Shown: positions 27,980 through 38,623 of the stretch, in pieces
How positions within the stretch are numbered: the first letter of the stretch is position 1
Layout of the letters: each line of letters begins with the position of its first letter
Source of the DNA: a virus
Taxonomy: Duplodnaviria; Heunggongvirae; Uroviricota; Caudoviricetes
IMG/VR virus record: IMGVR_UViG_2799112923_000001
DNA: 64,000 bases
Reading direction: 5' to 3' (one strand)
Notes under the pieces: model-generated
Seen by the model: only the letters and a program-made list of their open reading frames with translations
What the model was told of the DNA's origin: nothing
Database searches by the model: none
Program-made: the position numbers and the translations under genes

Positions 27980-30900
27980 TGAGTTCATTTGTATTTAACG
28001 ATTTTAAGAAAAGATATTTAGAAGGTAATGTTCCATCGGCTGATACCTGGACATTCATTCCAGTTGCAGACTCATTTAAACAGACCTTTGAATTTGATGA
28101 TATTCGTTTAGACCATTATAGAACCATAATGGATTTCAAGAATGTTGCTGATAAAAGGAATCCTGATAGTTTTGATATTGTTGGAAACTATATTAACCCA
28201 CATCAGTTTGGTAAAGAAGAATATATTAGAATTGATGATGCTACTAGAATAAAGGGTGCTACTTTAGTTGATGGTGTTCCATTAACATTCACTTGGACTA
28301 AGGTTTTAGACGATGACGAACTCAATAACAAACCAATGTATGTAACAAAGGATAACTTTAACCATTTTAAAAATTACTATTCCGCTACAGTAGCAAATAA
28401 CCCATATATTGACCAGTATCTAAATAGTGGTTTCTATTTTATTCGTTCCAAGGATGAATTGGAATGGTTCGCAGAACGTGTAAACAGAAACGATAAAATT
28501 ATTGGTGTTATTGGTGATAACTTTGAAGGTGTAATTTCTAAACCTATTGGTTATGACGAAAAACACCCTTTCAATGGTATCTTGGATGGTAACTATTTCA
28601 CATTTGATATTACAGTTAAAGCACAATACGCTGATAATGGTGTAATTGGTGTTTTGGGTTCACAAGGTATTGTTAGAAACTTCGTTTTGAAACATAGTGA
28701 TTTCAATAGAATTTCTATTGATTGTGAAAAGCCAATTAACTTGACCCACATTAAGAATGATGGTAGAGATATTAACTGTGGTTTGTTGGTTGGTAGAAAC
28801 TATGGTAAGATTGAAAACATTGATGCGAAGAAACTTGGTTCATTCAAGATTTATGGTTGTGTACCAAGTGTTTATTCTGTAACAAATAAGTCCGACAGTT
28901 ATAAATGGAATGAAACCGAAAAGATTGTAAGAAAGAAATTTGATACAAACAACGAAAACTTTATGTATCTAAACTCTTTCTGTATTAACTCTCCAGGTAA
29001 CATTTGCCCTTATGTAGGTTATTTCAATGAGGGAAAATTTGCTGATGATAGATTGGGTTTATGTGTTGACACTAACCTAACAGCTTTTGATTTCGCAGTA
29101 ACTGGACAGAGTTTCTATGCTAAATTCTTTGCTAATGGTTATGCTGGCTGGAAAACCCAATACAATGAAAATAACATTGACTGGTCTATTAGATGTGGTA
29201 GTCCAAACAGTTTAGACCTATATCAGTTAGGTTCAATGAAACAATATGCTAATTCGTATGTTGGTGTTAATACAAATAGAAACATCGCTTCAAATACTTA
29301 CACATACGATTTGGATAATAACTACGAAGCTGCCGCTATCATTAGAAACCCATTATATTATGGTGTAGATAATTATGGTTATTTCACTGTTCGTGCTGTT
29401 GGTAAATTAGATGACCCACAAACCTGGGTAGAAAATTTCAATAGTAATTTGTGCCAAAAGGTACTTGGTAATAGTGGTTATAGAGATTGTACCGCATTGG
29501 AACCTGAATATGAAATGACCCGTGTTTCTATGCGACCCCAACCAAATGCTAGAGCTGCATATAATGTTGGTACTATCATTGGTGCTAACTACGGTACAGC
29601 TCTTAACATTCAAGTAAGTGCTATTGTTCAAAACACATCCAACTTCGTAGGATTTATTGGTGGTCTTGCTGGTAAGCAGGCTAATGGTTATATTGACCAG
29701 GTATCTGTTTATATGGATAACCAGTTAATGTATGATTTGGGTAGTAAGCCTGAAAATGGTGATGTTGTTTATTATAAACAAACTCCTGTATTCTCCGAAC
29801 CAGTAAAACAATATATCCAAGGTGCTTTGGCTAGTTATAGTGATAATGATACTGGTAAGAAGAATTTATTGAGTATGTACTGTGAAGCCTGGTATGATGA
29901 AACTCGTACTGATGCTGCTTCATTAGAATACACAGTTAACACCGCTACTACAGTCACTAACGATGTAATTTCATATAAATTAAGACCTATCTTCGTTGTT
30001 GGTGGTATGTTTGGTAGATACATTCCTACTTATGGTGTTAATGAATACTATCAAAATATGGTATGTGTAGTAAACAATAGTACCGTTCTTTATAAAGACA
30101 ACTACGATTCAACAGAAAACTTTAAGCGACCTGAAAACGCATTTGGTGCTTTGATTGGTAAGGTGGATTATGCCACAACTAACAACAGTATCTATTTCTT
30201 TAACTCATTAGCATTTAATAATTGCCAAATTTCGGCTTTATCAAATGTTGGTGAACCATTTAGATATTTCGCTAACCATTTTGATGAAAACGAAGGTTGG
30301 GTTCCTGATGTTATTGACTTGAAAGATACTGGTGATTATAGATCTGCGTTCTCTGCTTTGAACTCTGGTACATGTACAAAGAAATATGTTGGTATTTACG
30401 AAATCAAGAACAATGTAATTGAAGGTGTATCATATACAGTTAACAGTGCTGCCACAGCATTGTATGATGGTGCTACAAATAAGAGTAAACAATCATTAAG
30501 TAATTTGGGAATCTATTGGGGAACAGATTATCCTATTGAATTATCTGCTCACAATGGAGGTATTACACAATCCCACGAAATGTACCAGTTTATTCCTGAC
30601 CTACTATCTAACAACGATTATAGATGGTCTAATGCAGGTGGTTATTGGGGTCCTTATGATATTCTTCACCAGGCTTTCTATTATCCAAACTACGATGTTG
30701 CTAATAGATTTGGTGGTTATAACAAACGCAATATGGCTTCTAAACTTATTGTAATGAATGGTTGTTATTCTAATGTGGATAACTGGATAGAATTGTATGA
30801 CGATTACATTAACCAGTGGCACTATATGCAATTACCACCTAAATCTACTGATTTATCACCAGATCATTTATCTGGCAACTATTTCAATGCGAAAGAATTG

Positions 30901-31797
30901 TATTTGATTAAGAAGTATTGGAATCGTGTTGGTACACATTACGGTTATACAAGTAATACACAAGTTTCTTCTTATTTGAAATGGGATACTGCATCTGCCG
31001 ATTTGTATTCTGCTAACAGTGGTCTTTATCTTGAAGGTCTAGTACAAGATCAGGTAGATAGATTTATAGCAAACGGAACACAGAATACTTACGATGGTTA
31101 TACTACTGTTATCAATGTTCCTGATGGTTGGTATAATGGTAGTCAAAGTTATGATGATGCACCAAATAATGCTAATACAACTCAATTTGAATATAGTCAA
31201 TTAAACTGTTATGATATTACTACTAGACAATATAACACACCAAAGAGATTTGTAAAGAACATTATGAAACACTATAACCCAACTTGGGTAGTTAATAACA
31301 ATGCTACTATTCAATGGACTGATAAAGTAACATTCAAAGCAAGAAATGCTACCGATAGTTATTTCTACTACACATACACAGCAACTTCAGGTAGATTTAA
31401 TCAGGTTCATACAACATATAACACACTTGAAAACGCATTTGCTTTCAAACTACCTGTAACATTCACTGCAAATAATTCTATGATGGGTTATGGTACTGAC
31501 TTAACATTAACTGAACAATTAGACCAAAGTAGACCAAGTACAATTTCATTGGGTGAATATCTATCACCAGCAGCCATTAGAGAAAACATTAACAAGTATG
31601 GAACATTCAATACAACCAGTGTTTCTTCTAAAATGAATTTGGGTGGTTTGTTGGTAGTAGATAGTGTTGGTAGAAATGTTATGTTCTTGGATAATGACCA
31701 GAACGCACCTATTACCGGTAATGCTATTTCGTTCCCAGCACTAGATTTAAGAATAAATACAAAGAAAGCTAAAAAGATTATTTTGGAAGTTGAATAA
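27979..31797 (+). CDS. large putative virion protein with GLUG-like repeats (1272 aa)
   Basis: PFNGILDGN, CGLLVGRNYG, VGTIIGANYG, IGGLAG, VGGMFG. Confidence 0.6.
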   Translation: MSSFVFNDFKKRYLEGNVPSADTWTFIPVADSFKQTFEFDDIRLDHYRTIMDFKNVADKRNPDSFDIVGNYINPHQFGKEEYIRIDDATRIKGATLVDGVPLTFTWTKVLDDDELNNKPMYVTKDNFNHFKNYYSATVANNPYIDQYLNSGFYFIRSKDELEWFAERVNRNDKIIGVIGDNFEGVISKPIGYDEKHPFNGILDGNYFTFDITVKAQYADNGVIGVLGSQGIVRNFVLKHSDFNRISIDCEKPINLTHIKNDGRDINCGLLVGRNYGKIENIDAKKLGSFKIYGCVPSVYSVTNKSDSYKWNETEKIVRKKFDTNNENFMYLNSFCINSPGNICPYVGYFNEGKFADDRLGLCVDTNLTAFDFAVTGQSFYAKFFANGYAGWKTQYNENNIDWSIRCGSPNSLDLYQLGSMKQYANSYVGVNTNRNIASNTYTYDLDNNYEAAAIIRNPLYYGVDNYGYFTVRAVGKLDDPQTWVENFNSNLCQKVLGNSGYRDCTALEPEYEMTRVSMRPQPNARAAYNVGTIIGANYGTALNIQVSAIVQNTSNFVGFIGGLAGKQANGYIDQVSVYMDNQLMYDLGSKPENGDVVYYKQTPVFSEPVKQYIQGALASYSDNDTGKKNLLSMYCEAWYDETRTDAASLEYTVNTATTVTNDVISYKLRPIFVVGGMFGRYIPTYGVNEYYQNMVCVVNNSTVLYKDNYDSTENFKRPENAFGALIGKVDYATTNNSIYFFNSLAFNNCQISALSNVGEPFRYFANHFDENEGWVPDVIDLKDTGDYRSAFSALNSGTCTKKYVGIYEIKNNVIEGVSYTVNSAATALYDGATNKSKQSLSNLGIYWGTDYPIELSAHNGGITQSHEMYQFIPDLLSNNDYRWSNAGGYWGPYDILHQAFYYPNYDVANRFGGYNKRNMASKLIVMNGCYSNVDNWIELYDDYINQWHYMQLPPKSTDLSPDHLSGNYFNAKELYLIKKYWNRVGTHYGYTSNTQVSSYLKWDTASADLYSANSGLYLEGLVQDQVDRFIANGTQNTYDGYTTVINVPDGWYNGSQSYDDAPNNANTTQFEYSQLNCYDITTRQYNTPKRFVKNIMKHYNPTWVVNNNATIQWTDKVTFKARNATDSYFYYTYTATSGRFNQVHTTYNTLENAFAFKLPVTFTANNSMMGYGTDLTLTEQLDQSRPSTISLGEYLSPAAIRENINKYGTFNTTSVSSKMNLGGLLVVDSVGRNVMFLDNDQNAPITGNAISFPALDLRINTKKAKKIILEVE

Positions 31798-32615
31798 TGG
31801 CTTGGTCTGCGTCAAATAAATGTGTAACAAATTCCTATAAATTTGCCTTGGGAACAGGGCAAATTAAAGGCATAAACTATGGGAATTTGAAAGTAAACAT
31901 TACTGATTCCAATTTCTTTAAGACCAATTATTATAGATTAAAAGGTCTTACTGATTCTAAAGCAGTAGATAAAGAAAAATTAGTTGACTATAATCAATTG
32001 AGATTGGGTGACCTTCAAGAACCTTATATGTGGAATGTAAAAGATACCGCTGGTAAATTGATAGGTACAAAAGGATTATCTTCACAAATAATTTCTACTG
32101 ATTTGACATTACAGAATATCGTAGTTAATTCATTTAATAATGATACTGGTGAAAGTTCCGAGCAGTCTTATGAAAAGATGATTAACTATCCTGTATCGTC
32201 AAGAATTTTCTCAAACAATCACGATGGAAGTTGGATTACTAATGATTTGGATTGGAGTGTAACTGCCACAGCTAATTCTTCTACTATGCAGTATTTCAAG
32301 AATGAATACAATTTCAAAGATGAATATAACAAAACCGAATATCAGTCATTTGGTGTAAACGAAAACAAATTAGAAGAAAATGTTTGTAGATTATCCGCAA
32401 CTTCATTCATAATGGATAATAACACACCTGCCAATAAAGATTCAATGGATTATGGTGCTGCCGGTATTTTATTGACCTATGTGGATGAAAATAAGGGATT
32501 TAAAGGTAAGAATGAATTACCAGTAGCATATTTTGAATTTGGTAAAACATTACATTCTAACTATAATTTCTTACAAATTGACTGGCATGAAGATGGTGTA
32601 ATTAAGGTAGTATAA
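31797..32615 (+). CDS. putative virion structural protein
   Basis: Coupled in the late operon; C-terminal LPVAYFEFG...QIDWHEDGVI. Confidence 0.55.
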   Translation: MAWSASNKCVTNSYKFALGTGQIKGINYGNLKVNITDSNFFKTNYYRLKGLTDSKAVDKEKLVDYNQLRLGDLQEPYMWNVKDTAGKLIGTKGLSSQIISTDLTLQNIVVNSFNNDTGESSEQSYEKMINYPVSSRIFSNNHDGSWITNDLDWSVTATANSSTMQYFKNEYNFKDEYNKTEYQSFGVNENKLEENVCRLSATSFIMDNNTPANKDSMDYGAAGILLTYVDENKGFKGKNELPVAYFEFGKTLHSNYNFLQIDWHEDGVIKVV

Positions 32616-33409
32616 TGGCTGGAAAAGTAGATACAAATATAAATTCATATCCTTGGTTATGTTCAACAATGCCAAAAGTAAATGATTGGGATTGTTATAA
32701 TACAGATACCGGTAATATGGTGACTGATGACGAAGGTAAACAAGCAGAAGCATATACAACTGATGCGTATGGCACATTTGGTCTCCAGGTAGTTTATTAT
32801 AAAGTTTCCGAGAATTTGGTAAGAGATAAAATCTATGGAGAAGACCAATTACAGGTTGTTCAAAGAGCATTTAACATTGTAATGTATACTGAACAATTAC
32901 CACCAAATGTTAGAACATACCAATTACAAGGAATTTGGGGTGAAGATGTTATCACCTGTTATGTTGGTGTAACAGCATTCAAATACTGGAGCACTTATGG
33001 TGGAAAAGACAGAAACACACCAAAAGTTTATGACGATTTTGTGCCTAGAATTGGTGATGTAGTTTATTTGCCACAAAACGAAACATTCTACGAAATTAGA
33101 GATGTAAAGTATTATCAGGAAGCATTTGGATTACAGTCCCACACATATACATTAACATTGAAAGTTTACAAAGATACTAAACTAACTATTGACAATAAAA
33201 ATGAAACAATCAGTGATAAAGATGACCCAATCTGGGATGTTGCTACAAAAGATTTCCCAGAGCAGTATAACATAAATGACCCATTAAAGAAGAATGATAT
33301 TTTGGAAGATAAAGAGTTAGAGCAGTCTAAAAATGTTAATCACATGGACGTCATTTACCACGATAAAGACGAAGGCCGACCAAGAATTGACCCATTTGAC
33401 GGTTGGTAA
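32615..33409 (+). CDS. neck/head-completion protein, T4 gp14-like
   Basis: FGLQVVYY...DKIYGED...PRIGDVVY...FYEI matches the gp14 pattern. Confidence 0.75.
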   Translation: MAGKVDTNINSYPWLCSTMPKVNDWDCYNTDTGNMVTDDEGKQAEAYTTDAYGTFGLQVVYYKVSENLVRDKIYGEDQLQVVQRAFNIVMYTEQLPPNVRTYQLQGIWGEDVITCYVGVTAFKYWSTYGGKDRNTPKVYDDFVPRIGDVVYLPQNETFYEIRDVKYYQEAFGLQSHTYTLTLKVYKDTKLTIDNKNETISDKDDPIWDVATKDFPEQYNINDPLKKNDILEDKELEQSKNVNHMDVIYHDKDEGRPRIDPFDGW

Positions 33410-33492
33410 ACTTTTATTTACATAATTGTAAACATTATTTTACAAAAATAAGCAGTTTGTTTCTTGACAAACTGCATTTTTATTTCTATATT
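33405..33492 (+). promoter_or_regulatory. tandem TGTAAA-N6-TTTACA boxes plus sigma70-type promoter
   Basis: GGTAAA-N6-TTTACA 33405-33422, box 33427-33444, gap 19, TTGACA 33464, N17, TATATT 33487. Confidence 0.8.
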
Positions 33493-33522
33493 AATATCAA
33501 ACAATAACAAAAGAGGTAACAA

Positions 33523-33684
33523 ATGCTTTCACCTGAATACGCAAAAATCGTTGATGAAATGTTTAACATTTGGCTCGTTGCCATGTTCTGTTTGCTTTGT
33601 GCCGGTTCTATACTCGGTCTAATCAAAGCATTTTGGATGATGGCATTTGATATGAACAAGAAAAGTAATAGGAGGATTTTCTAA
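33523..33684 (+). CDS. small membrane protein (not in ORF track)
   Basis: GAGGT RBS; MLSPEYAKIVDEMFNIWLVAMFCLLCAG... Confidence 0.6.
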   Translation: MLSPEYAKIVDEMFNIWLVAMFCLLCAGSILGLIKAFWMMAFDMNKKSNRRIF

Positions 33685-34061
33685 TGAAGTCTAATCTCAC
33701 TATTGAACAGGTTGAAAAGATTCTTTCCCAGTACGGAATTGAAAAGAAGAAGTTGGATTCTGTTTGTACAGAATATCGTTTGAAGAATTACAAGGTTCAA
33801 TCTCCGGTTGTTCAGTATTTCCATCTCTCAAATGGTGAAACGGCATTTGCTTTCAAGGGCCTTCTTCACAAGTATCCCTGTTGCCAATTTCTCGCCAAAT
33901 TGGTAAAGAACAATCAGTCCGAAAAGTTCTATTGGGGTCTGGCTGAAGGAACTAATGCCATTGGATTGAAGCCTGACACTATTTTCGCAAATGAAACTAA
34001 TCTCAATGCTGCTATGTTGGTGTTGATTGGTGAGCTGGAAAAGAACGAACTCAGACGATAA
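33684..34061 (+). CDS. hypothetical protein
   Basis: GGAGG RBS. Confidence 0.75.
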   Translation: MKSNLTIEQVEKILSQYGIEKKKLDSVCTEYRLKNYKVQSPVVQYFHLSNGETAFAFKGLLHKYPCCQFLAKLVKNNQSEKFYWGLAEGTNAIGLKPDTIFANETNLNAAMLVLIGELEKNELRR

Positions 34062-34071
34062 GGAGAAAACT

Positions 34072-34422
34072 ATGCTCTATGTGGATTTAATGGATATTAT
34101 CTTAAATGCGAATTTTATTTTGCTTGCAGTTGCGGCTTGTATTATGGTGTTTAAGGTAAAAGCCTGGAAGATTTATGTTCCAATGATTATTGTGTTTATC
34201 ATTGTGTTCATTGGATTTTTTAGGGTAGATTTTCGTCTTTGGTGTGTTGACCAGGACATTAATAAAACCAAACAGGACATTGAACACGCAAATGAATACT
34301 GTATTCATTCGTTATCGGATGAAGATGTATTACAGTGTAGAATTATGTTGAAGAAATATGGAAACCAGCAAATGATGTTGGAAAGACGAAAGCAGTGGTA
34401 TCTAGTTCAAAAGTTTAACTAA
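34072..34422 (+). CDS. two-TM membrane protein
   Basis: Start moved to ATG 34072 (AGGAG RBS). Confidence 0.7.
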   Translation: MLYVDLMDIILNANFILLAVAACIMVFKVKAWKIYVPMIIVFIIVFIGFFRVDFRLWCVDQDINKTKQDIEHANEYCIHSLSDEDVLQCRIMLKKYGNQQMMLERRKQWYLVQKFN

Positions 34423-34423
34423 T

Positions 34424-34897
34424 ATGAAATGGAATAAACGATTAGAAAAGAAGATTGTAAAACTGTGCGATAGTTTGGGAATTGAAACCAACATTGACTG
34501 GGATGTTGGTCACTGCGATTTCATCTACCACAATGAACACCAATACAGACCATTGGGAGCTGTGCGTTGGTATGGCTATATGATGGATTGTAATCCGACC
34601 ATTGGAAACAAAATCTATGTAGCCACTTGTTGGACTAAAATCGTTTTTACCGACTATGTATCTAGTAAACCGACTAAAATTGACATTTGGGATGTGAACT
34701 ATGATGATAAAAAAGAACATACTCATTTTCGTAGTGATATAAGCGAACACAAGACCCAAACAATTCCTGACGATTATACTGAACAACAGTTGTTAGCATT
34801 TTTGGAAGAAAATTTAACAAGAGTGTTAAAAGCATCTCGTTTGGATAAAATGTATAAGTCATTGGATAAAATTCAAGAGGACTTTAATGACGAATGA
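34424..34897 (+). CDS. DF-tail family protein
   Basis: Ends RLDKMYKSLDKIQEDFNDE*. Confidence 0.8.
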   Translation: MKWNKRLEKKIVKLCDSLGIETNIDWDVGHCDFIYHNEHQYRPLGAVRWYGYMMDCNPTIGNKIYVATCWTKIVFTDYVSSKPTKIDIWDVNYDDKKEHTHFRSDISEHKTQTIPDDYTEQQLLAFLEENLTRVLKASRLDKMYKSLDKIQEDFNDE

Positions 34898-35225
34898 TGA
34901 ATATAATAAGTATGCTGAAACATTTAGTGAATTAGGATTTACAAGTGAACGGTACTACAGTTCGGATTTTATTCTAATTTATTTTGAATGTTCTCGGGTT
35001 GGTGAATTTGATACAAAAAAATTAATGTTTGAAATATGTACAGAAGCATGTGTTCATTTTACATATTGTGTGGGAACTGAAGAAACTATTATAAACTTCT
35101 CATTTAACAAAAATGTAATGTGTGATTATGCTGCTGGAATAACTTATCTTAAAAAATTAAACTACGAAATTTCAAAAGGGAAAGAACTAATAGAAAAACT
35201 TAAAATGGTAAAGGATTTCGCATGA
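34887..35225 (+). CDS. DF-tail family protein
   Basis: Ends ELIEKLKMVKDFA*. Confidence 0.8.
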   Translation: MTNDEYNKYAETFSELGFTSERYYSSDFILIYFECSRVGEFDTKKLMFEICTEACVHFTYCVGTEETIINFSFNKNVMCDYAAGITYLKKLNYEISKGKELIEKLKMVKDFA

Positions 35226-35650
35226 TATTTTTAATTATAAGTGTAATTTGTTTTGGTCTTATATTATTTCTTGATAGTTTAGTACCAGACGAAAAAGAAA
35301 GAACTGACGATGTGTTCGCAAACAATAATGACCCTGCCGTTGATTGCCATAGAAAATTCTGTTTGTTATCTGATGATTTGTTCAAACAACTATGTGCGAT
35401 AGATGGTAGTGCTACCCAGGATTCAATGGGTAATCTTTATTGTTGGGATTTTTGCGACCATAAAATTCAAATTACTGCAATTCTTAAACATGGAACACCA
35501 CCAAAAACATATATCTTGTATGATAACAAAATAACTCAACAAAAGAAGAAATTTTACAAATACGAAAAATTCGTTGAATTTTTTGAACAACATAACTTAG
35601 AACTTAAACAACAAATCTTACAATATAACCTTAGCAAGGACTTCACATGA
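35222..35650 (+). CDS. DF-tail family protein with N-terminal TM
   Basis: Hydrophobic N-terminus; ends ILQYNLSKDFT*. Confidence 0.8.
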   Translation: MIFLIISVICFGLILFLDSLVPDEKERTDDVFANNNDPAVDCHRKFCLLSDDLFKQLCAIDGSATQDSMGNLYCWDFCDHKIQITAILKHGTPPKTYILYDNKITQQKKKFYKYEKFVEFFEQHNLELKQQILQYNLSKDFT

Positions 35651-36147
35651 ATCTAATTTACTTTATCTTCTTCGTTATCTTTATCGCAATCGCTGCTATT
35701 GTGATTAAGACTGACAAATTCGTGGAACCTAAGAAAGAACCCAAGGTTCCAACACCTGTGGCTAAAAAGCCACTACCAAAGAAATCACCATCTCCAAAGC
35801 CACCTTCTCGTAGGCCTGCTCCACCAAGCCCAAATGCGATGGTTATGGGTTTGCGTGAATGGGAACAGTGGGGTTTTGAGAATATGGTTGAACTCAAGGC
35901 TTGCGGTGCCAATGTTTCCAGTTATGGTAGAAATATGAAGAATGGCTATTCTATTTTGAATGGAACTGTAAAATTTGAATATGACCCAGATCCTACTGAT
36001 GGTAAGCATTACTGCTACTACAATACAGAAAAACATATCTGTGTTGGGTTTGAAAAATTGAAGGATTTTATTACATTTTACAATGACCAGCTGAAAGACC
36101 TAAAAGAACAAATTTTCCTACATAGTTTACAAGAGGATTTTAACTAA
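35647..36147 (+). CDS. DF-tail family protein with TM and Pro/Lys linker
   Basis: TM, PK-rich linker; ends KDLKEQIFLHSLQEDFN*. Confidence 0.8.
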   Translation: MNLIYFIFFVIFIAIAAIVIKTDKFVEPKKEPKVPTPVAKKPLPKKSPSPKPPSRRPAPPSPNAMVMGLREWEQWGFENMVELKACGANVSSYGRNMKNGYSILNGTVKFEYDPDPTDGKHYCYYNTEKHICVGFEKLKDFITFYNDQLKDLKEQIFLHSLQEDFN

Positions 36148-36506
36148 TGAAAGTATCCGATTTAAAGAAACAGTTTGAACAAGAAGGGTTTGAATGTTTT
36201 TACCAAGCTCGGGTAAAGAAAAATTTTAACATTTTTCTTCCTTTACCAGGTGGTCGCATTAGTATCGGTGAATATCGTAGTGAGGTAAATCATTTTAAGA
36301 TTTGTAATTGTTCACAGTTATACATTACAGAAACAAACGAATTTCTTACGAATGAAAAGAATTTGAATTTTGATGTTTGTTTCTATAATGAAGTTATGTT
36401 TGATAAAATTGAACCTGCTTTGGAATTAGCCAAGAAAATCGCAGTTGAATATAAGAGATTACAGGAAAGAATTAAATTAATAAAAATTGCTATGGATAGT
36501 CTATGA
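36147..36506 (+). CDS. DF-tail family protein (variant DSL)
   Basis: Ends KRLQERIKLIKIAMDSL*. Confidence 0.7.
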   Translation: MKVSDLKKQFEQEGFECFYQARVKKNFNIFLPLPGGRISIGEYRSEVNHFKICNCSQLYITETNEFLTNEKNLNFDVCFYNEVMFDKIEPALELAKKIAVEYKRLQERIKLIKIAMDSL

Positions 36507-36868
36507 CAGAACAAGAATTTACATCTCTAATAGAAACATACGGCTTTGAATTGGATATTCAGGAAAATTATATTTTCGCAAGAATTCCAAATAGATACAA
36601 CAAGCCAATGCAGTATATTGAATTTTATAGAAAAGAAAGATGGGGTGTTCTCCCAGGCACTGTATTGGTATATCCTATTAGTCCTGTAATGAGTGTTGAT
36701 GGTTATGTTTTGGATTATGAAATAGCTGGTTGGGGTGGAGATAAGAAGTTTTCAAAACCACATAAACTCAAAAGGTTTTTGGATGAACAAATGGAACTAT
36801 TGAAAGAGTTGAGAACAAAGATTTTGGAAACTGAACTCAGTTGGGATTTCTGTAATGATGAAGATTAA
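36503..36868 (+). CDS. DF-tail family protein
   Basis: Ends KELRTKILETELSWDFCNDED*. Confidence 0.75.
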   Translation: MTEQEFTSLIETYGFELDIQENYIFARIPNRYNKPMQYIEFYRKERWGVLPGTVLVYPISPVMSVDGYVLDYEIAGWGGDKKFSKPHKLKRFLDEQMELLKELRTKILETELSWDFCNDED

Positions 36869-37202
36869 GAATGAAATTTGGCATAAACTGCTTGACGAAT
36901 TTGGTTTGAAAGTTCGTGTTTATGATGAAGGATATAAAATCTATTCTGCGAGATATGAATATAACCCTGGTGATAGTGTAGAAATGCTTCGCATTTGTGA
37001 AAATGGGTGTTTTTCTAGTTTTTATGTATCATCCATATTAACTGATTATTCCAGCATTAACATCGGTGTAAATGTTGTGGCAGGTTGTTTGGTAGATGTA
37101 AAGAGTTATGAACAAGCACGAAATCATATTGGAAAGATAATAAACCAAATACAGAAATGTAGAGAAAAATTGGAACTGAAAAAGATAAAGAAGGATTTTT
37201 AA
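36855..37202 (+). CDS. DF-tail family protein
   Basis: Ends LELKKIKKDF*. Confidence 0.8.
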   Translation: MMKIKNEIWHKLLDEFGLKVRVYDEGYKIYSARYEYNPGDSVEMLRICENGCFSSFYVSSILTDYSSINIGVNVVAGCLVDVKSYEQARNHIGKIINQIQKCREKLELKKIKKDF

Positions 37203-37574
37203 ATGAAATCAGCACACGCAGCACAGATTGTAAATAGCACGAAATTATTTAAGAAAGATTCGGGCTCTTTTTTTGGGATTTATTTTGATGCTAAGGGTAC
37301 TATTGAAGAATTACCCGGTTTTACTTATTCTTATTATGTTGTTGTTAATGAAGATGAAGTAAGTGGTAAATGGTCTATTTGGTACCCTGATACAAAAGCA
37401 GACAAATATAGTGATGGTGAAACTGTATTCAGTTTTAAATTGGATAAATTAAAAGAATCTGTTTTAAGAAAACATTTGGCTACATTTGCGGCTCAAAAGA
37501 GTATAATAACAATTAAAGAAAAAGAACTGTTGAATAGTATTGAATTAGAATTGGTGAACAAGGATTTTGAATGA
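37203..37574 (+). CDS. DF-tail family protein
   Basis: Ends KELLNSIELELVNKDFE*. Confidence 0.8.
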   Translation: MKSAHAAQIVNSTKLFKKDSGSFFGIYFDAKGTIEELPGFTYSYYVVVNEDEVSGKWSIWYPDTKADKYSDGETVFSFKLDKLKESVLRKHLATFAAQKSIITIKEKELLNSIELELVNKDFE

Positions 37575-37933
37575 CAGTAGAAGAAATTAGAAAATTGGTA
37601 TTAAACTCCAAGTTGTTTAATTGTACAATTAACCCATATTTTCCAATGTGGGAATTAAAGTTGGAAGACGCAGAGTTTCCGATTAAGCATTCAGTTTATC
37701 TTTATGTAACCCACTCAGATACTAATTTGACAGGTGGTTATATGAGTGTGGATTTAGCAACAAATAAAAACATAACAGAAGTACAGTTGTTTAATTATCC
37801 CATTAGTGAATTAAACAAAGTTCGTTTATTGGAATGTATAGATTTGCTTACACAAGCACAATACGAAATGTTAAAGAAAGAAAAAGATTATAATGTAAAC
37901 CAAAATTTACAGAAAATCCAAGAAGATTTCTAG
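37571..37933 (+). CDS. DF-tail family protein
   Basis: Ends KDYNVNQNLQKIQEDF*. Confidence 0.8.
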   Translation: MTVEEIRKLVLNSKLFNCTINPYFPMWELKLEDAEFPIKHSVYLYVTHSDTNLTGGYMSVDLATNKNITEVQLFNYPISELNKVRLLECIDLLTQAQYEMLKKEKDYNVNQNLQKIQEDF

Positions 37934-37936
37934 TTT

Positions 37937-38002
37937 TGTAAACATTATTTTACAATAAAACCCCAGATTGTTATTGACAGTTTGGGTGTTTTTTGCTATA
38001 TT
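37937..38002 (+). promoter_or_regulatory. TGTAAA-N6-TTTACA box plus sigma70-type promoter
   Basis: Box 37937-37954, gap 19, TTGACA 37974, N17, TATATT 37997. Confidence 0.8.
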
Positions 38003-38029
38003 ATAGTCATCAAACAAAGGAGATATACA

Positions 38030-38176
38030 ATGAAAGACTTTTGGAAAGACTGCGCTTTTACTTTTGGCATTGTGCTGATTGCCCTTATTATGGGTGGTTG
38101 TCTGGCTATAACTCTAGTCCAGCATGGTTACATTCCGGTAGAAATCCCCAATAGTTCAAATGTACCAGACGAATAA
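38030..38176 (+). CDS. small membrane protein (in frame with the next ORF)
   Basis: Start ATG 38030 after AGGAG; one TM. Confidence 0.6.
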   Translation: MKDFWKDCAFTFGIVLIALIMGGCLAITLVQHGYIPVEIPNSSNVPDE

Positions 38177-38197
38177 TTTCTTGTTACAGAAAACGAT

Positions 38198-38623
38198 GTG
38201 GATTCCAGTGATTTTTTCGTAACTGTTTACACATGTGAAGATGTTGAAAAGTTCAAGATAAACTATACTCAGGCAGAATGGCAGAAGCCAAAGCACAAAA
38301 TTTATGTTAAAGAAGCAAACACATACAAAGAATTTGTATTCAACAGTAATGAATACAAAGTAGTATTGCCAACGGGACAGATTTTTGGTTGCGATATGAA
38401 TGTTCTTACAGAAAATGACATTGAGAAAATCCGATATGAAGGTAAGAAACAAGCTGAAGAATTGGTTGAAAGAATGGAATCCAATCTAAAGAAGGAAAAT
38501 GCTATTCTAGCAATCGCTGAAGAAAAAGTAAAAGCAGGTATTCCACTCAATCCTGAAGAGCGAGATGCGTATGTGAAAAAGATACATTTGGAAGAATTTC
38601 ACAAGATAATGGAAAAACATTAA
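38198..38623 (+). CDS. hypothetical protein, possibly the C-terminal part of 38030..
   Basis: Same frame, separated only by TAA 38174; no clear RBS. Confidence 0.55.
   Translation: MDSSDFFVTVYTCEDVEKFKINYTQAEWQKPKHKIYVKEANTYKEFVFNSNEYKVVLPTGQIFGCDMNVLTENDIEKIRYEGKKQAEELVERMESNLKKENAILAIAEEKVKAGIPLNPEERDAYVKKIHLEEFHKIMEKH

Noticed and set aside
35647-36147. TonB homolog
   Set aside because: TM plus Pro/Lys linker only; no TonB C-terminal domain, and it ends in the DF tail.
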